Numbered from the stretch's first letter, positions 48,425-58,936 are shown. The stretch: DNA of 64,000 nt from Rickettsiales bacterium (GCA_035765535.1 DASTXE010000005.1:137171-201170), one strand, 5' to 3'. Notes: a model not told the origin generated them from the letters alone. A program made the numbers and translations.

Positions 48425-49897
48425 TTAGTTCCACCGCTGCTGTCTGCGCTGCCTGGTCCGGCGCATATTACGCCAGTTCGTCGTGTAGAGAATCAGAAGT
48501 CCCGTAATGATGATGCCCGCCCAGGTCAATGCATTGCCTGAGAAAATAAATCCCAGATCCAGGAACCCCGGAAACTTGCCGACCATGTCCATATGGTCAC
48601 GCGGCCACTGGCTTGCATAGCCGCTTACGGCAAGGAAAAGATAAATCAGGTTCGTGCCTGCCAGCGCTTTAAGCACAATCTCCGTGCGCCATTGATTGCG
48701 CTCGTTGGTCTGCTGGCTGAGCATGGTGATGTTGGCTTTGCAAAGGCCAAGTTTGCGATCCACGTTGCGCACCAGGTTCTCAAATTTCCATTCCTTCTGT
48801 ATGGCGTGAAAGAGTTTCTGCGAGACTCCCTGCAGATCAACCATCATATCGTTGTAGTGCACCTGCAATATCGTCACGAGATTAATAATATTTTCCATAT
48901 CCTCGCTCAGCATATGCAGAGAAGCATCGCTCTGGCGGTTAAATACGGTGCCGAGATATTTAATCAGATTGACATTCACAATATCCATCGCCGCGTAATA
49001 ATACTGGGCGGAGAGCATGACATCCCACAAATTTTCCAGTTGCTTATCTTCTAAGTCCTTAGAGATCATGATGACATTATTACCGGAGTTGAGATGAATT
49101 TCCGCTCCGTCAATCCTGATACTTTCATTATTATGGGGATGCAGAAGCGGTCTGATCCATGCATTCATTGGATAGTCGTTACTATAGAACAGCGTTCTGT
49201 TTACCCACATCAGCCTGAAGCACAGGTCGAGATTATAATAAGGGTTTCGCCGGTGACTGGCCAGGTCCCTGAAGATATTATATGCTTCTATATCTTCCAC
49301 CCAATATTGGCCGTGCCTGTCCGGCATTTTGCTCAAGCCCAGCAACAAGGGAAAAATATGTTTCTGGTATAATCTTTCCAGCAGATTATAGGTGAATGCC
49401 GTTGTCCATTTATCCAGCTTATCCCATGCGCTGTCGCTCTGGCCTATATGGGCTTTATCCAGATGGAGATCCAGCGTCAGGATAGCGACGGTATTATCGT
49501 AAAAGTCTATACGCAGTGACTGCGCATCCGGTAAGAAAGAATCGGAATATCTGATAACCTTGTCATCCGCCGCCGTGCAGGCATCCCGGAGAATATTCTG
49601 CAGTTCCGGGAAAGCAGCGGATTTAAAGCGTAAGGTAAAGATGCGTTGAAACAGAAAGAGGCTGCCATTCTTGTTAGCATCTACATAGCGCGCTTCCACT
49701 TCATCTTTTTCCAATCGGGGCGGCACATTGACATCCATCTCCAGTGCGGGAGAGAGTTTCTTGCTGATGGAACTGGCAGGTGCGGAAAGCTCTGTACGCA
49801 AATGTGCAAGATAGTCCATAAAACCATCCGGGTCGGTTGCTACCTGCGAACTGTCCAGATTGAAATACGCTCTGAACGGTGCAATCAGCTTTAACAT
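48425..49897 (-). CDS. orphan protein with CorA-like architecture (large soluble domain, coiled region, two C-terminal TM helices, basic tail)
   Basis: 490 aa and AT-shifted. The C-terminus is LAGTNLIYLFLAVSGYASQW...ALTWAGIIITGLLILYTTNWRNMRRTRQRRQQRWN. No GMN motif is present. Confidence 0.65.
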   Translation of the reverse strand: MLKLIAPFRAYFNLDSSQVATDPDGFMDYLAHLRTELSAPASSISKKLSPALEMDVNVPPRLEKDEVEARYVDANKNGSLFLFQRIFTLRFKSAAFPELQNILRDACTAADDKVIRYSDSFLPDAQSLRIDFYDNTVAILTLDLHLDKAHIGQSDSAWDKLDKWTTAFTYNLLERLYQKHIFPLLLGLSKMPDRHGQYWVEDIEAYNIFRDLASHRRNPYYNLDLCFRLMWVNRTLFYSNDYPMNAWIRPLLHPHNNESIRIDGAEIHLNSGNNVIMISKDLEDKQLENLWDVMLSAQYYYAAMDIVNVNLIKYLGTVFNRQSDASLHMLSEDMENIINLVTILQVHYNDMMVDLQGVSQKLFHAIQKEWKFENLVRNVDRKLGLCKANITMLSQQTNERNQWRTEIVLKALAGTNLIYLFLAVSGYASQWPRDHMDMVGKFPGFLDLGFIFSGNALTWAGIIITGLLILYTTNWRNMRRTRQRRQQRWN

Positions 49898-50118
49898 GAT
49901 AGTTCCTTTTTATTATTCAGGCCTATTCTCTTTCCGAGAAATCATAATATACTTCTTCTAGCAGATAAACTTGTGCGCTGCGGAATGCAATAGATTTATA
50001 GGATGTGGATATTTACAGTCTGGATGAATAATTGTCATTAAAACTTCATGTTTCAATTGATGCATTTGGATTTCATCTGAATTAGAATCAAAAAGAATTT
50101 CTTATAGAGGATATTACC

Positions 50119-51225
50119 ATGCCGTTGCCCTCTGATTACAGTATTGAGATTGTTACAGACCCCGAAAAGCTGACTCCAGCAATGCATGCTGCATATCAGG
50201 CTGGGAATCCGAGCCGCCTGGGGGATGAATCTTTACCTGCTTTCAAGGAATATCTGGCTAACGAAGATGTTCCGGGAGCTAAAGAAGCCTGGGCTGTTGT
50301 AAGGGATAATGCCACTGGCAATATAGTTGGCACTGCAAATTTTTCAATGCATGCGACAGGGGAAGGCGATAACGCCAAAGGGGCGGCCAATATATTATAT
50401 CCACTTAGCGTGGTACCTGAGTATCGCGATACGGCGGACGGACGTATTGATCCTGCCGCTATGCAACGTATCGAAGGCGAAGTCTTTGACAGGATTGCAC
50501 AGGCTACAGCCGATCATGTGAAGCAAACGGCGGGCACTGCCGCAGAACCTGTTGTTACTACTTATCTGCCGCACGAGAACCCGCTTAGCAAAACGCCGCA
50601 AGAATATCTTAGTGATTCGATTGGCCGCGGAGACGATAGCAAGGGCATAGGGGTTGGGCTTACTGAACATGCTTCCGTGTACGGTAAGCTCGGTTTTGGT
50701 AAATTAGGCGTCGATTATGTTGAACCTCCTATCGAAGCAGGAGACGATCCGGTCAAATACGATATGCTTGTGAAGCAAACACAGGGTGGTAAGGCATTGC
50801 CAACAACCGGAGTCAATCCGCAGGATTTTAAAGATTTTTATAATAAGTCTTCCGAACTTTCTTTTGCCGGTACGCAAGTGGGCGACCCGGTCCTTTCAGA
50901 TATGAATACTTCGCTGGCTGCAGTGGGAGATCGCAACATTCCTGTGCATTCAATGGGGATATACGACAAAGTGGCGCAGACTGTAAATCTTGACAGCGTT
51001 ACCAGGCTCGACAGCGAAGGCCATACAGGTCCGCTGTCGGAACGTTTCCCGGTAGAGGCTGCGATGATTCGAGCTACACAAGGCGGAGTTGGTGCTGCAG
51101 AAGCTGCTAATCTCGCAAGAACACAGGAAACACCATTCCGTGCTGAAGGAGCAGAAGGCCCGGGAGCACCGGGCACGTCATCTGCTGTCAGACCGGCACA
51201 GACTGATGTCCCAGGCAGACCTTAA
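50119..51225 (+). CDS. orphan protein, possible GNAT-like acyltransferase fold with a disordered Gly/Pro/Ala-rich C-terminus
   Basis: 368 aa. AVVRDNATGNIVGTANFSM, LSVVPEYRD and VYGKLGFGKL are reminiscent of GNAT strands. It shares a TTAA stop overlap with convergent ggt. Confidence 0.55.
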   Translation: MPLPSDYSIEIVTDPEKLTPAMHAAYQAGNPSRLGDESLPAFKEYLANEDVPGAKEAWAVVRDNATGNIVGTANFSMHATGEGDNAKGAANILYPLSVVPEYRDTADGRIDPAAMQRIEGEVFDRIAQATADHVKQTAGTAAEPVVTTYLPHENPLSKTPQEYLSDSIGRGDDSKGIGVGLTEHASVYGKLGFGKLGVDYVEPPIEAGDDPVKYDMLVKQTQGGKALPTTGVNPQDFKDFYNKSSELSFAGTQVGDPVLSDMNTSLAAVGDRNIPVHSMGIYDKVAQTVNLDSVTRLDSEGHTGPLSERFPVEAAMIRATQGGVGAAEAANLARTQETPFRAEGAEGPGAPGTSSAVRPAQTDVPGRP

Positions 51226-52976
51226 TACCCTATCGCCGCACCGTCCGGATTGCGCGAATCGGAATAGCCGTATACGCCGTCATCCCTCACCTGTATGATC
51301 TGCACGCGTCCCATCGTCGGTTCCGGCGAGACATGATAGCCTTCGTCCTGTAGGATTTTCAATGTGTCCGGACTCAGCCCCTTTTCGATGCGCAATGTAT
51401 CGGGCAGCCACTGGTCATGCACGCGTGGTGCGGTGGCGGCTTCGGCCGGGTTCATGCCGAAATCTATCATGTTCAGGATGGTTTGCAGTGTTGTGGTGAT
51501 GATGCGGGAACCGCCGGGGCTGCCGGTGACCAGCCATATCTTGCCGTTCTTCAGCACAAAAGTCGGTGACATAGAAGATAGAGGGCGTTTTCGCGGTTCG
51601 ATAGCGTTTGCCTTGCCGCCAGTAACACCATAGCCGTTAGGCACACCTGGCTTGGAAGAAAAATCATCCATTTCATCGTTGAGCATAATACCAGTACCTT
51701 CCGCCACAATGCCGCTGCCGAAATCGAAATTGAGCGTGTAAGTGACGGCCACCGCATTGCCTTTGCCATCCACGATAGAATAATGCGTTGTCTGGCTGCT
51801 TTCATAAGGTAGAGGATTGCCGGGCTTGAATGCCTCCGCAGGCAAAGGCTTTACCGGGTCTATTCTTTGGACGAGTTCGTCTGCGTAATGTTTGGAAGTT
51901 AGCCCTTTAACGGGAACTTTAGTGAAATCAGGATCGCCCAGATATTTGGAGCGGTCCGCATAGGCAAGCTTCATGGCTTCAGCCATATAATGAATTGCCT
52001 TCGCGCTACCGAATCCGTATTGCGACAGCGGATAATGTTCCAGCATGTTCAGTATCTCGATGATATGAACACCGCCGGAACTGGGCGGTGGCATGGAGAC
52101 AACTTTGAATCCGCGATATTCCCCGCTGACCGGTTCGCGCACAGCGACCTTATAATCTTCAAAATCCTTTCTGGTCATGATGCCGCCATGCTGTTTCATC
52201 TCAGCGACTATCCGATCGGCAATCTCCCCATTATAAAATGCTTTCGGTCCCTGTGTAGCAATGAGGCTAAGCGAATGGCCCAGGTCTTTCTGCACGAGCA
52301 TATCCCCCTCGCGTAAGGGATGGCCGTCCCTGAAGAAAATCTTGCGGGTGCTTTCCCATGGAGCAAGATGCGCTTTTTCCAACTCCAGCATGTGGGCAAG
52401 CCCGTAACTTACGGGAAAGCCTTTTTCCGCCAGGCTAATCGACGGCGCGATTACATCTGCCAGTTTCATAGTGCCCCAATGCTCCAGCGCATACTGCATG
52501 CCTGCAACTGTGCCCGGAACACCAACCGCATTATGCGTATAGAGGGAGGCATCTTTTATAACATTGCCATTTTCATCCTGGAACATGGTTTCGGTTGCCT
52601 TGCCGGGAGCCACTTCGCGAAAGTCCAGAGCGATGTCCTTGCCCGTCTTTTCGTCGTGCACGAGCATAAAGCCGCCACCGCCGATATTGCCCGCATTGGG
52701 CAGCACTACTGCCAGCGCAAAGCCTACGCCAACTGCCGCATCAACAGCATTTCCGCCCTGCTTTAAGATATCCGCGCCAACCTGGCTTGCGAGTGCCTGT
52801 TCGGTTGCGACCATGCCATGCTGAGCATATACGGGATGGAAGGTATCCCGGTCATAATCATAATGTGCTGGAGGAGCGGCCAATATGCCTTCTTGCGCGG
52901 TTGCAACCGCAGGAACAGATAATAGTGCCACGACCGCCGTCCATAAGAACCGGCGGAGCGATAAATCTGAGCGCAT
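51222..52976 (-). CDS. ggt: gamma-glutamyltransferase
   Basis: Signal peptide, the autoprocessing site context SQTTHYSIVD, and GSPGGSRIITT. Confidence 0.9.
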   Translation of the reverse strand: MRSDLSLRRFLWTAVVALLSVPAVATAQEGILAAPPAHYDYDRDTFHPVYAQHGMVATEQALASQVGADILKQGGNAVDAAVGVGFALAVVLPNAGNIGGGGFMLVHDEKTGKDIALDFREVAPGKATETMFQDENGNVIKDASLYTHNAVGVPGTVAGMQYALEHWGTMKLADVIAPSISLAEKGFPVSYGLAHMLELEKAHLAPWESTRKIFFRDGHPLREGDMLVQKDLGHSLSLIATQGPKAFYNGEIADRIVAEMKQHGGIMTRKDFEDYKVAVREPVSGEYRGFKVVSMPPPSSGGVHIIEILNMLEHYPLSQYGFGSAKAIHYMAEAMKLAYADRSKYLGDPDFTKVPVKGLTSKHYADELVQRIDPVKPLPAEAFKPGNPLPYESSQTTHYSIVDGKGNAVAVTYTLNFDFGSGIVAEGTGIMLNDEMDDFSSKPGVPNGYGVTGGKANAIEPRKRPLSSMSPTFVLKNGKIWLVTGSPGGSRIITTTLQTILNMIDFGMNPAEAATAPRVHDQWLPDTLRIEKGLSPDTLKILQDEGYHVSPEPTMGRVQIIQVRDDGVYGYSDSRNPDGAAIGY

Positions 52977-52993
52977 ATTGCCTCCTTTTAGGA

Positions 52994-53494
52994 TTATTTA
53001 AGCTCCAGGTGCCTTACCAGCTGGTAATTCTGGCCCTGACAGGTCGCAGAGAGATGGACATTCCATTCGCCGGATAACGGCAGGGTGTTTTTCAGGCTGT
53101 AATGTCCATTGCCGTCATTATTCATAGCGAGATCAGACTGATCGAATCCCGCATGGGTCGGCCTGATAAACCAGGCTTTTACTTCGGCATTCGTAATCGG
53201 TTTACCGCTCTTATCCGCAAGTGTGAGAATGGTCTGCACATTCTTTCCCTGCGTATTGAACGTTAAGTCTGTATGCCAGCCAAGCTTTGCCTGAGCTTCG
53301 GAATGCGCAATAGCCTGGTTATAATACAGCCCGTCCTGATAGGCGTGTTTTACGACTTCGCCCGGATAATTGCGGATGCATAGCCAGACGAACCAGAAAA
53401 TCAGGGCCATCAGCATGACGAAGAACAGTGCGATATAATAGGGAATAAAACGATCCGAAGGTCTTGCGGCAGTGTGTTCCATATTATTTACCAT
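52994..53494 (-). CDS. FixH/CcoH-family cbb3 oxidase assembly protein
   Basis: 166 aa with one N-terminal TM segment (FIPYYIALFFVMLMALIFWFVW). It overlaps the ccoG end by 11 nt. Confidence 0.65.
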   Translation of the reverse strand: MVNNMEHTAARPSDRFIPYYIALFFVMLMALIFWFVWLCIRNYPGEVVKHAYQDGLYYNQAIAHSEAQAKLGWHTDLTFNTQGKNVQTILTLADKSGKPITNAEVKAWFIRPTHAGFDQSDLAMNNDGNGHYSLKNTLPLSGEWNVHLSATCQGQNYQLVRHLELK

Positions 53495-54902
53495 TGATAA
53501 AAAGGGAGGGGTGAGAGGCGGTTTTGCCTGTTGTATTATCTTTGAGGATAAATTGTATATCTGTGCGCTTCTGGGCTACATCATGCGCGGCAATCATGAC
53601 GCGGTATTCGGCCACACTGTCCGGGGCTGCGGTCAGATCTTCGGGCTTTGGAGTGCCTGCTCCTTCCACATGGATATGCGGATCGTTAATGCCGGAGACC
53701 GTCAGTGTATAATGATGGGTATCATCGGTCATGTTCATAATCTTGATGTCATAATCGTTGCGAACGCTGCCATCCGACAGTTTAACGAAGAGCGGATTGC
53801 GGTCATGGATAACCAGAATATCGAGCGGCAGGCGCGTGAGCAGGCTATAAAGCATCAATCCGCCGACGGCGCATAAAACGATGGTATAATAGATCGTGCG
53901 CGGACGTACAATGTTTAACGTTTCCTTGCAGCCTGTTCCGCAGGCTTTCGCTTCCGAACGCTTGGCCTGATTATTATCCGTGTCGTAGCGTATCAGGCCG
54001 CGCGGCAGGTTAACCTTGTCCATGACATTGTTGCAGGCATCCACACACATGCCGCAGGCAATACATTCCATCTGCAGGCCGTTACGAATATCGATACCGG
54101 TCGGACATACGGTTACGCAATTGCCGCAATCGATACAATCTCCCAGCCCCTCACGGCTTGCGCCTGCCTTATAGTTGCCACGCGGCTCGCCGCGCTCCTT
54201 ATCGTAAGAGATGATCAGCGTATCTTTGTCGAACATTGCCGACTGGAAACGTGCGTACGGGCACATATACGAGCATACCTGCTCCCGAGCGAACCCGGCC
54301 ATAGTGTATGTGGAGAACGTCAGGCCTAGCACCCAGATTGCGACGTTTGTCGAAACATGCAGGTGCATTGCATCGCGAATAAGTGTGGGGGCGTCATTGA
54401 AATACAGCACCCAAGCGCCGCCGGTTAGCACACCGATGGCAATCCAGATAAAATGGGTCAGCCCCTTTTTCCATATTTTCTCAAGCGAGAGTGGGGATTT
54501 ATCCAGCTTCATACGGGCATTGCGATCCCCCTGGACGAGACGTTCCACCCAGATAAAAAGATCGGTCCATACAGTCTGTGGACAGGCATAGCCGCACCAG
54601 ACACGTCCGAGCAAGGAGGAGACGAAGAATAGCACGATTGCCGCAAGCACCAATAGCCCTGCGACATAGTAGACCTCATGCGGCCATATCTCGATACCGA
54701 AAAAATACGCCCGGCGACTGGGCAGATCGATCAGAATTGCCTGACTTGGAGCCAGGGGACCGCGGTGATAACGCAGGAAGGGGGCCAGGTAATATATGCC
54801 CAGCAGTACGGCCATCACGATCCATTTGAGTTTACGGTAACGTCCCCAGACTCGCTTGGGGTATATCGTCGGCGGTTTCTCAAAATACGTTATGTCGCCC
54901 AT
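53484..54902 (-). CDS. ccoG: cbb3 oxidase accessory protein CcoG/FixG (4Fe-4S ferredoxin-type)
   Basis: CIDCGNCVTVCP and CIACGMCVDAC clusters plus N-terminal TM helices. Confidence 0.9.
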   Translation of the reverse strand: MGDITYFEKPPTIYPKRVWGRYRKLKWIVMAVLLGIYYLAPFLRYHRGPLAPSQAILIDLPSRRAYFFGIEIWPHEVYYVAGLLVLAAIVLFFVSSLLGRVWCGYACPQTVWTDLFIWVERLVQGDRNARMKLDKSPLSLEKIWKKGLTHFIWIAIGVLTGGAWVLYFNDAPTLIRDAMHLHVSTNVAIWVLGLTFSTYTMAGFAREQVCSYMCPYARFQSAMFDKDTLIISYDKERGEPRGNYKAGASREGLGDCIDCGNCVTVCPTGIDIRNGLQMECIACGMCVDACNNVMDKVNLPRGLIRYDTDNNQAKRSEAKACGTGCKETLNIVRPRTIYYTIVLCAVGGLMLYSLLTRLPLDILVIHDRNPLFVKLSDGSVRNDYDIKIMNMTDDTHHYTLTVSGINDPHIHVEGAGTPKPEDLTAAPDSVAEYRVMIAAHDVAQKRTDIQFILKDNTTGKTASHPSLFINGK

Positions 54903-54984
54903 TACTTTAGCATCCTGTTAAACGCGGCATCCTACCGCGCAGTCTATGGCAGGCTTCCGCCTGCCACGCTTTTTTCCAGCGGAA

Positions 54985-55863
54985 TTACTGGCCGCCACCT
55001 AATGAGTGGACATATATTGCCAGTTCTTTGATTGTGTCATCGCCCAGACGCTCTTCCCAGGTCGGCATCACGCCGCGGCGGGCATATGTAATCGTTTCTA
55101 TAATAGTGGCTTTATCGCCCCCATACAACCAAATATCATCACTCAGGCGCGGAGCTCCAACTTTCTGGCTGCCCTGGCCATTTACGCCGTGGCAGATGGA
55201 GCAGTTGGTCGCAAACAATGCCTTACCGCGTTCGTAAGCAGGCGTTTTTTCAGCCTTTTCCCCTTGGTGCAGTTTCTGCACGAATTCGGCCACGTCTTCA
55301 ATCTGCGGTGCGGTCAGGATGCCATCCTTACCAAAAGCAGGCATCTGCGTGCTGCGGGTGTCGGGATGGGGCGAACGTACACCTACGCGTATAGTCGTAT
55401 AGATGTCCTTCAATTTACCGCCCCACAACCAGTCATCATCCGCCAGATTGGGGAAACCTTTGCTGCCCTGCGCATCCACTCCATGGCATGCGGTGCAGTT
55501 CTGGCGAAAAGCCGCAGCACCGGCTGCACGGGCGAACTCATACATATTCTTATCGTTCTGGATGTCTTCCAGAGAAGCATCATGGATTTTCGCCATGTAC
55601 TTTTCATGCAGAACAGACATTTCCTTTTCTTCTTTGGCGAGCTCGCGATGCTCCGTCCAGCCGAGACTGCCATGCGTGCTTCCACCCGGAACCGGCCAGG
55701 CAGGGAAAAAGAACCAGTAGCCGAACGCCCAGATGATGGTTGCGATGAAAGAAACCAGCCACCAGCGCGGGGCGGGCTTATTCAATTCCTTAATGCCATC
55801 CCATTCATGGCCTGTGGTTTCCGCACCGCTCAGTTCGTCTTTTTCCGGTTTATTGCTCATCAT
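54985..55863 (-). CDS. ccoP: cbb3-type cytochrome c oxidase subunit III (dihaem)
   Basis: Two CxxCH motifs (CTACHG, CSICHG) and an N-terminal TM segment. Confidence 0.9.
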   Translation of the reverse strand: MMSNKPEKDELSGAETTGHEWDGIKELNKPAPRWWLVSFIATIIWAFGYWFFFPAWPVPGGSTHGSLGWTEHRELAKEEKEMSVLHEKYMAKIHDASLEDIQNDKNMYEFARAAGAAAFRQNCTACHGVDAQGSKGFPNLADDDWLWGGKLKDIYTTIRVGVRSPHPDTRSTQMPAFGKDGILTAPQIEDVAEFVQKLHQGEKAEKTPAYERGKALFATNCSICHGVNGQGSQKVGAPRLSDDIWLYGGDKATIIETITYARRGVMPTWEERLGDDTIKELAIYVHSLGGGQ

Positions 55864-56014
55864 TATGCTCCTTGAACGGAATCATCGCTTGTTCCTGAAT
55901 AGCTTGTTTTCTGGACGGCCAGTAAGTCAGCAGGAAAATAGCCGTGAATGCGGTGAAGCCACCTACGGTCATTACCGTGCGCGAGTTTTCTGTCAGCCAG
56001 TCGATTATCATCAT
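55850..56014 (-). CDS. ccoQ: cbb3-type cytochrome c oxidase subunit CcoQ (54 aa)
   Basis: Below the track cut-off. My translation is [54 protein letters not shown]. There is an ATGA overlap with the ccoO stop and a 14-nt overlap with the ccoP start. Confidence 0.6.
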   Translation of the reverse strand: MMIIDWLTENSRTVMTVGGFTAFTAIFLLTYWPSRKQAIQEQAMIPFKEHNDEQ

Positions 56015-56775
56015 GGTTTTCCTGTCAAATCTTTAGCAGGCACGCCTTTGTCGCGCGGGTCCATTTCAGGATTGTAATCCTTGAAATCGACCTGTGTGCC
56101 CAGCTGCTGAAGATAGGCTACAAGCGCGTCCATTTCAGATACGAATGCAGGCTGGTCATCAAAGTCACGGACGTTGACGTTATTTCCATAACGCTTCTTA
56201 AGGCCGGTGGAATCAGCATCGTTATTCGCCTGCGTGATAGCATCGTTATATGCGTTATCGATCATTTCCTGCGTATAAGGAACCCCGAGGCTGCGCAGGG
56301 TTTTAAGATGATCTGATATATCTGTCAGGTCCACACCGCGCTGCATGAGGAAACTATAGGTCGGCATGATGGATTCCGGCACAACGGAACGCGGATCCAT
56401 CAGATGCGCCACATGCCACGCGTCGGAATATTTTCCGCCAAGGCGGGCAATATCCGGACCGATACGCTTTGAGCCCCACAGGAACGGATGATCGTACATG
56501 CTTTCCGCAGCCAGTGAATAATGCCCGTAGCGCGCTACGTCGCTACGCAGAGAGCGGATCTGCTGGCTATGGCAGACTGCGCAATTCTCACGGATATAGA
56601 TATTCTCACCTGCCAGCTCCAACGGTGTGAGCGGGCGGATCCCCTTCACCGGTTCGATAGTTGCTTCAACCCTGAACAAGGGAAGAATCTCGACCATACC
56701 ACCTATGGATACTACGATGATCGCCAGGATCAGCAGCAGCATCGAGTTACGTTCGATTTTTCCATGGCTAATCAT
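56011..56775 (-). CDS. ccoO: cbb3-type cytochrome c oxidase subunit II (monohaem)
   Basis: [10 protein letters not shown] haem motif and an N-terminal TM segment. Confidence 0.9.
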   Translation of the reverse strand: MISHGKIERNSMLLLILAIIVVSIGGMVEILPLFRVEATIEPVKGIRPLTPLELAGENIYIRENCAVCHSQQIRSLRSDVARYGHYSLAAESMYDHPFLWGSKRIGPDIARLGGKYSDAWHVAHLMDPRSVVPESIMPTYSFLMQRGVDLTDISDHLKTLRSLGVPYTQEMIDNAYNDAITQANNDADSTGLKKRYGNNVNVRDFDDQPAFVSEMDALVAYLQQLGTQVDFKDYNPEMDPRDKGVPAKDLTGKP

Positions 56776-58217
56776 GCTACGGTCTCCTTGGTAACGGCAA
56801 CAGCCGGTACGCTCTTATCATTGACGGTTTTCCATACGTTATAGATCATGATCACCACGCCGGTCAGATATAGTACGCCGCCGACTGCACGCATGAGGTA
56901 GAACGGCCACCTTGCCTGCACGATTTCCACAAAGGAATGCACGAGGAACCCATTGGCATCATACTCACGATCCATGAGGCCCTGCATAATCCCTGCAGAC
57001 CACATCGCCACCAGGTACAGCACAATACCGATCGTGCCGACCCAAAGGTGGATGCGCACGAGAGTAATGGAATAGAGGCGCTGCTTTTTCCACAGCACCG
57101 GCACCATATGGTAGAGTGCGCCGAAGCTGATGAAGCCTACCCAGCCAAGGGTGCCGGAATGTACGTGACCGACAATCCAGTCCGTGTAATGCGCCAACGC
57201 ATTGACTTCCTTAATCGCCAGAACCGGTCCTTCAAAGGTCGACATACCATAGAAAGCAAGCGAGATGATCAGGAACTGCAAGATCGGGTCCTCACGCAAT
57301 TTATGCCATGCGTTATTGAGGGTCATCATACCGTTGATCATGCCGCCCCAGGAAGGTAGCCAGAGCATGATGGAGAAAGTCATACCGAGCGTCTGCACCC
57401 AGTCCGGCAGGGCCGTATAGAGCAGATGGTGCGAACCTACCCAGATATAAAGAAAGATCAGTGACCAGAAATGGATGATGGAGAGACGGTAGGAATAAAT
57501 TGGGCGGTTTGCCTGCTTGGGTACATAATAATACATGATACCAAGGAAGCCCGCCGTCAGGAAGAAGCCCACCGCGTTATGGCCGTACCACCACTGGATC
57601 ATCGCGCTCTGCACACCGGCAGCCACAGAGTAGCTCTTGGTGGAGTGAAGCGATACCGGAACCGCGAGGTTATTGACGATATGCAGCATGGCAATCGTCA
57701 CGATGAAGCCGAGATAGAACCAGTTAGCCACGTAGATATGCGGTTCCGTACGGTTTTTCAGCGTCATCATAAAGATAAGGAAATAGGTTACCCAGACAAC
57801 CGTAAGCAGAAGGTCGGCATACCATTCCGGCTCAGCATATTCCTTGCTCTGGTTGATCCCGAACACATAACCGGTTATGGCCAGGACAATGAAAAGCTGA
57901 TAGCCCCAGAAGACAAATTTGGCCAGCTTGTCGCCGCCCCACAGACGCGCGCGGCAGGTACGCTGCACAACATAAAAACTTGTTCCAATCAGCACGTTAC
58001 CGCCAAAAGCAAAAATAACGCCAGTGGTGTGCACCGGGCGGAGGCGGCCGAAGTTGAAGAACGGTTCAAAGTTCAGGTGCGGGAATGCGAGCTGGAATGC
58101 GATAAATACGCCCATGCCCATGCCCACGACGGCCCATGCCAAAGCGGCCACCGTACACATTCTTACAATATCGTCATTATAACGGGGGAGGGGGGTTGAA
58201 GTGGCTTGAGTCGTCAT
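56772..58217 (-). CDS. ccoN: cbb3-type cytochrome c oxidase subunit I
   Basis: 481 aa, 12-TM haem-copper oxidase pattern ([21 protein letters not shown]). Confidence 0.9.
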   Translation of the reverse strand: MTTQATSTPLPRYNDDIVRMCTVAALAWAVVGMGMGVFIAFQLAFPHLNFEPFFNFGRLRPVHTTGVIFAFGGNVLIGTSFYVVQRTCRARLWGGDKLAKFVFWGYQLFIVLAITGYVFGINQSKEYAEPEWYADLLLTVVWVTYFLIFMMTLKNRTEPHIYVANWFYLGFIVTIAMLHIVNNLAVPVSLHSTKSYSVAAGVQSAMIQWWYGHNAVGFFLTAGFLGIMYYYVPKQANRPIYSYRLSIIHFWSLIFLYIWVGSHHLLYTALPDWVQTLGMTFSIMLWLPSWGGMINGMMTLNNAWHKLREDPILQFLIISLAFYGMSTFEGPVLAIKEVNALAHYTDWIVGHVHSGTLGWVGFISFGALYHMVPVLWKKQRLYSITLVRIHLWVGTIGIVLYLVAMWSAGIMQGLMDREYDANGFLVHSFVEIVQARWPFYLMRAVGGVLYLTGVVIMIYNVWKTVNDKSVPAVAVTKETVA

Positions 58218-58936
58218 ACAAATCCTTTTCCTGCCATTGCAAAAAGCGCTACGCTGTTACCTGCCATCAGAACCGCCGATACCGGCTTTATCCAGGCATA
58301 ATTCCTGTTCACCAACATTTTTCCGCCTAATGCGATTACCGTAAGCATCGGCACTGTTCCGACTGCAAATGCCATCATTCCGACAGCCGCTTGCGTTACA
58401 TTGCCTGTGGCCGCTGCAGCCAGTACCGCGGCGTAAACCAGACCGCATGGCAAGAACCCCAGCAACACTCCCAATACATATCCCGCCGCAAGAGTATGCG
58501 AAGGTAGTATCAGGTTAATTCGTTGCATAATCCAATGCGGGGCACCGCACAAGTTAAATTTGAACTGAAAATATTTTGTTGGGAATAGTTGCGAAAATGC
58601 AGAAGCGAGAAATAGGATTCCCGCTGCTACTAACAGTATCGCAGAAAGGATCTTCAGCGCCGGAGCATGCAGCAACGGTGCAGTAAGCGTGCATGCGAGA
58701 ACGCCCAGAAATGTATAAGTTGTCATGCGCCCGGCATGGTAGGGGAGCAGAAGAAGGCGGTAATATTTCTGTGCTGTAGTCGTGGGGGGAACTGCGAAAC
58801 CGGACACTTGCGCGAGGACGAAGGGACCGCACATGCCGGCGCAGTGGCTAATGCTTCCTAACAGGGCTGCCATAAACAACGTGGCGGCCAACCCGTAGGG
58901 CCCGGCTTCGATTAACATCTCGTGGCAATGCTCCAT
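58214..58936 (-). CDS. DsbD_2/TauE-SafE-like membrane protein translationally coupled upstream of ccoN
   Basis: [14 protein letters not shown] motif, about 6 TM segments, 4-nt overlap with the ccoN start. Confidence 0.6.
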   Translation of the reverse strand: MEHCHEMLIEAGPYGLAATLFMAALLGSISHCAGMCGPFVLAQVSGFAVPPTTTAQKYYRLLLLPYHAGRMTTYTFLGVLACTLTAPLLHAPALKILSAILLVAAGILFLASAFSQLFPTKYFQFKFNLCGAPHWIMQRINLILPSHTLAAGYVLGVLLGFLPCGLVYAAVLAAAATGNVTQAAVGMMAFAVGTVPMLTVIALGGKMLVNRNYAWIKPVSAVLMAGNSVALFAMAGKGFV

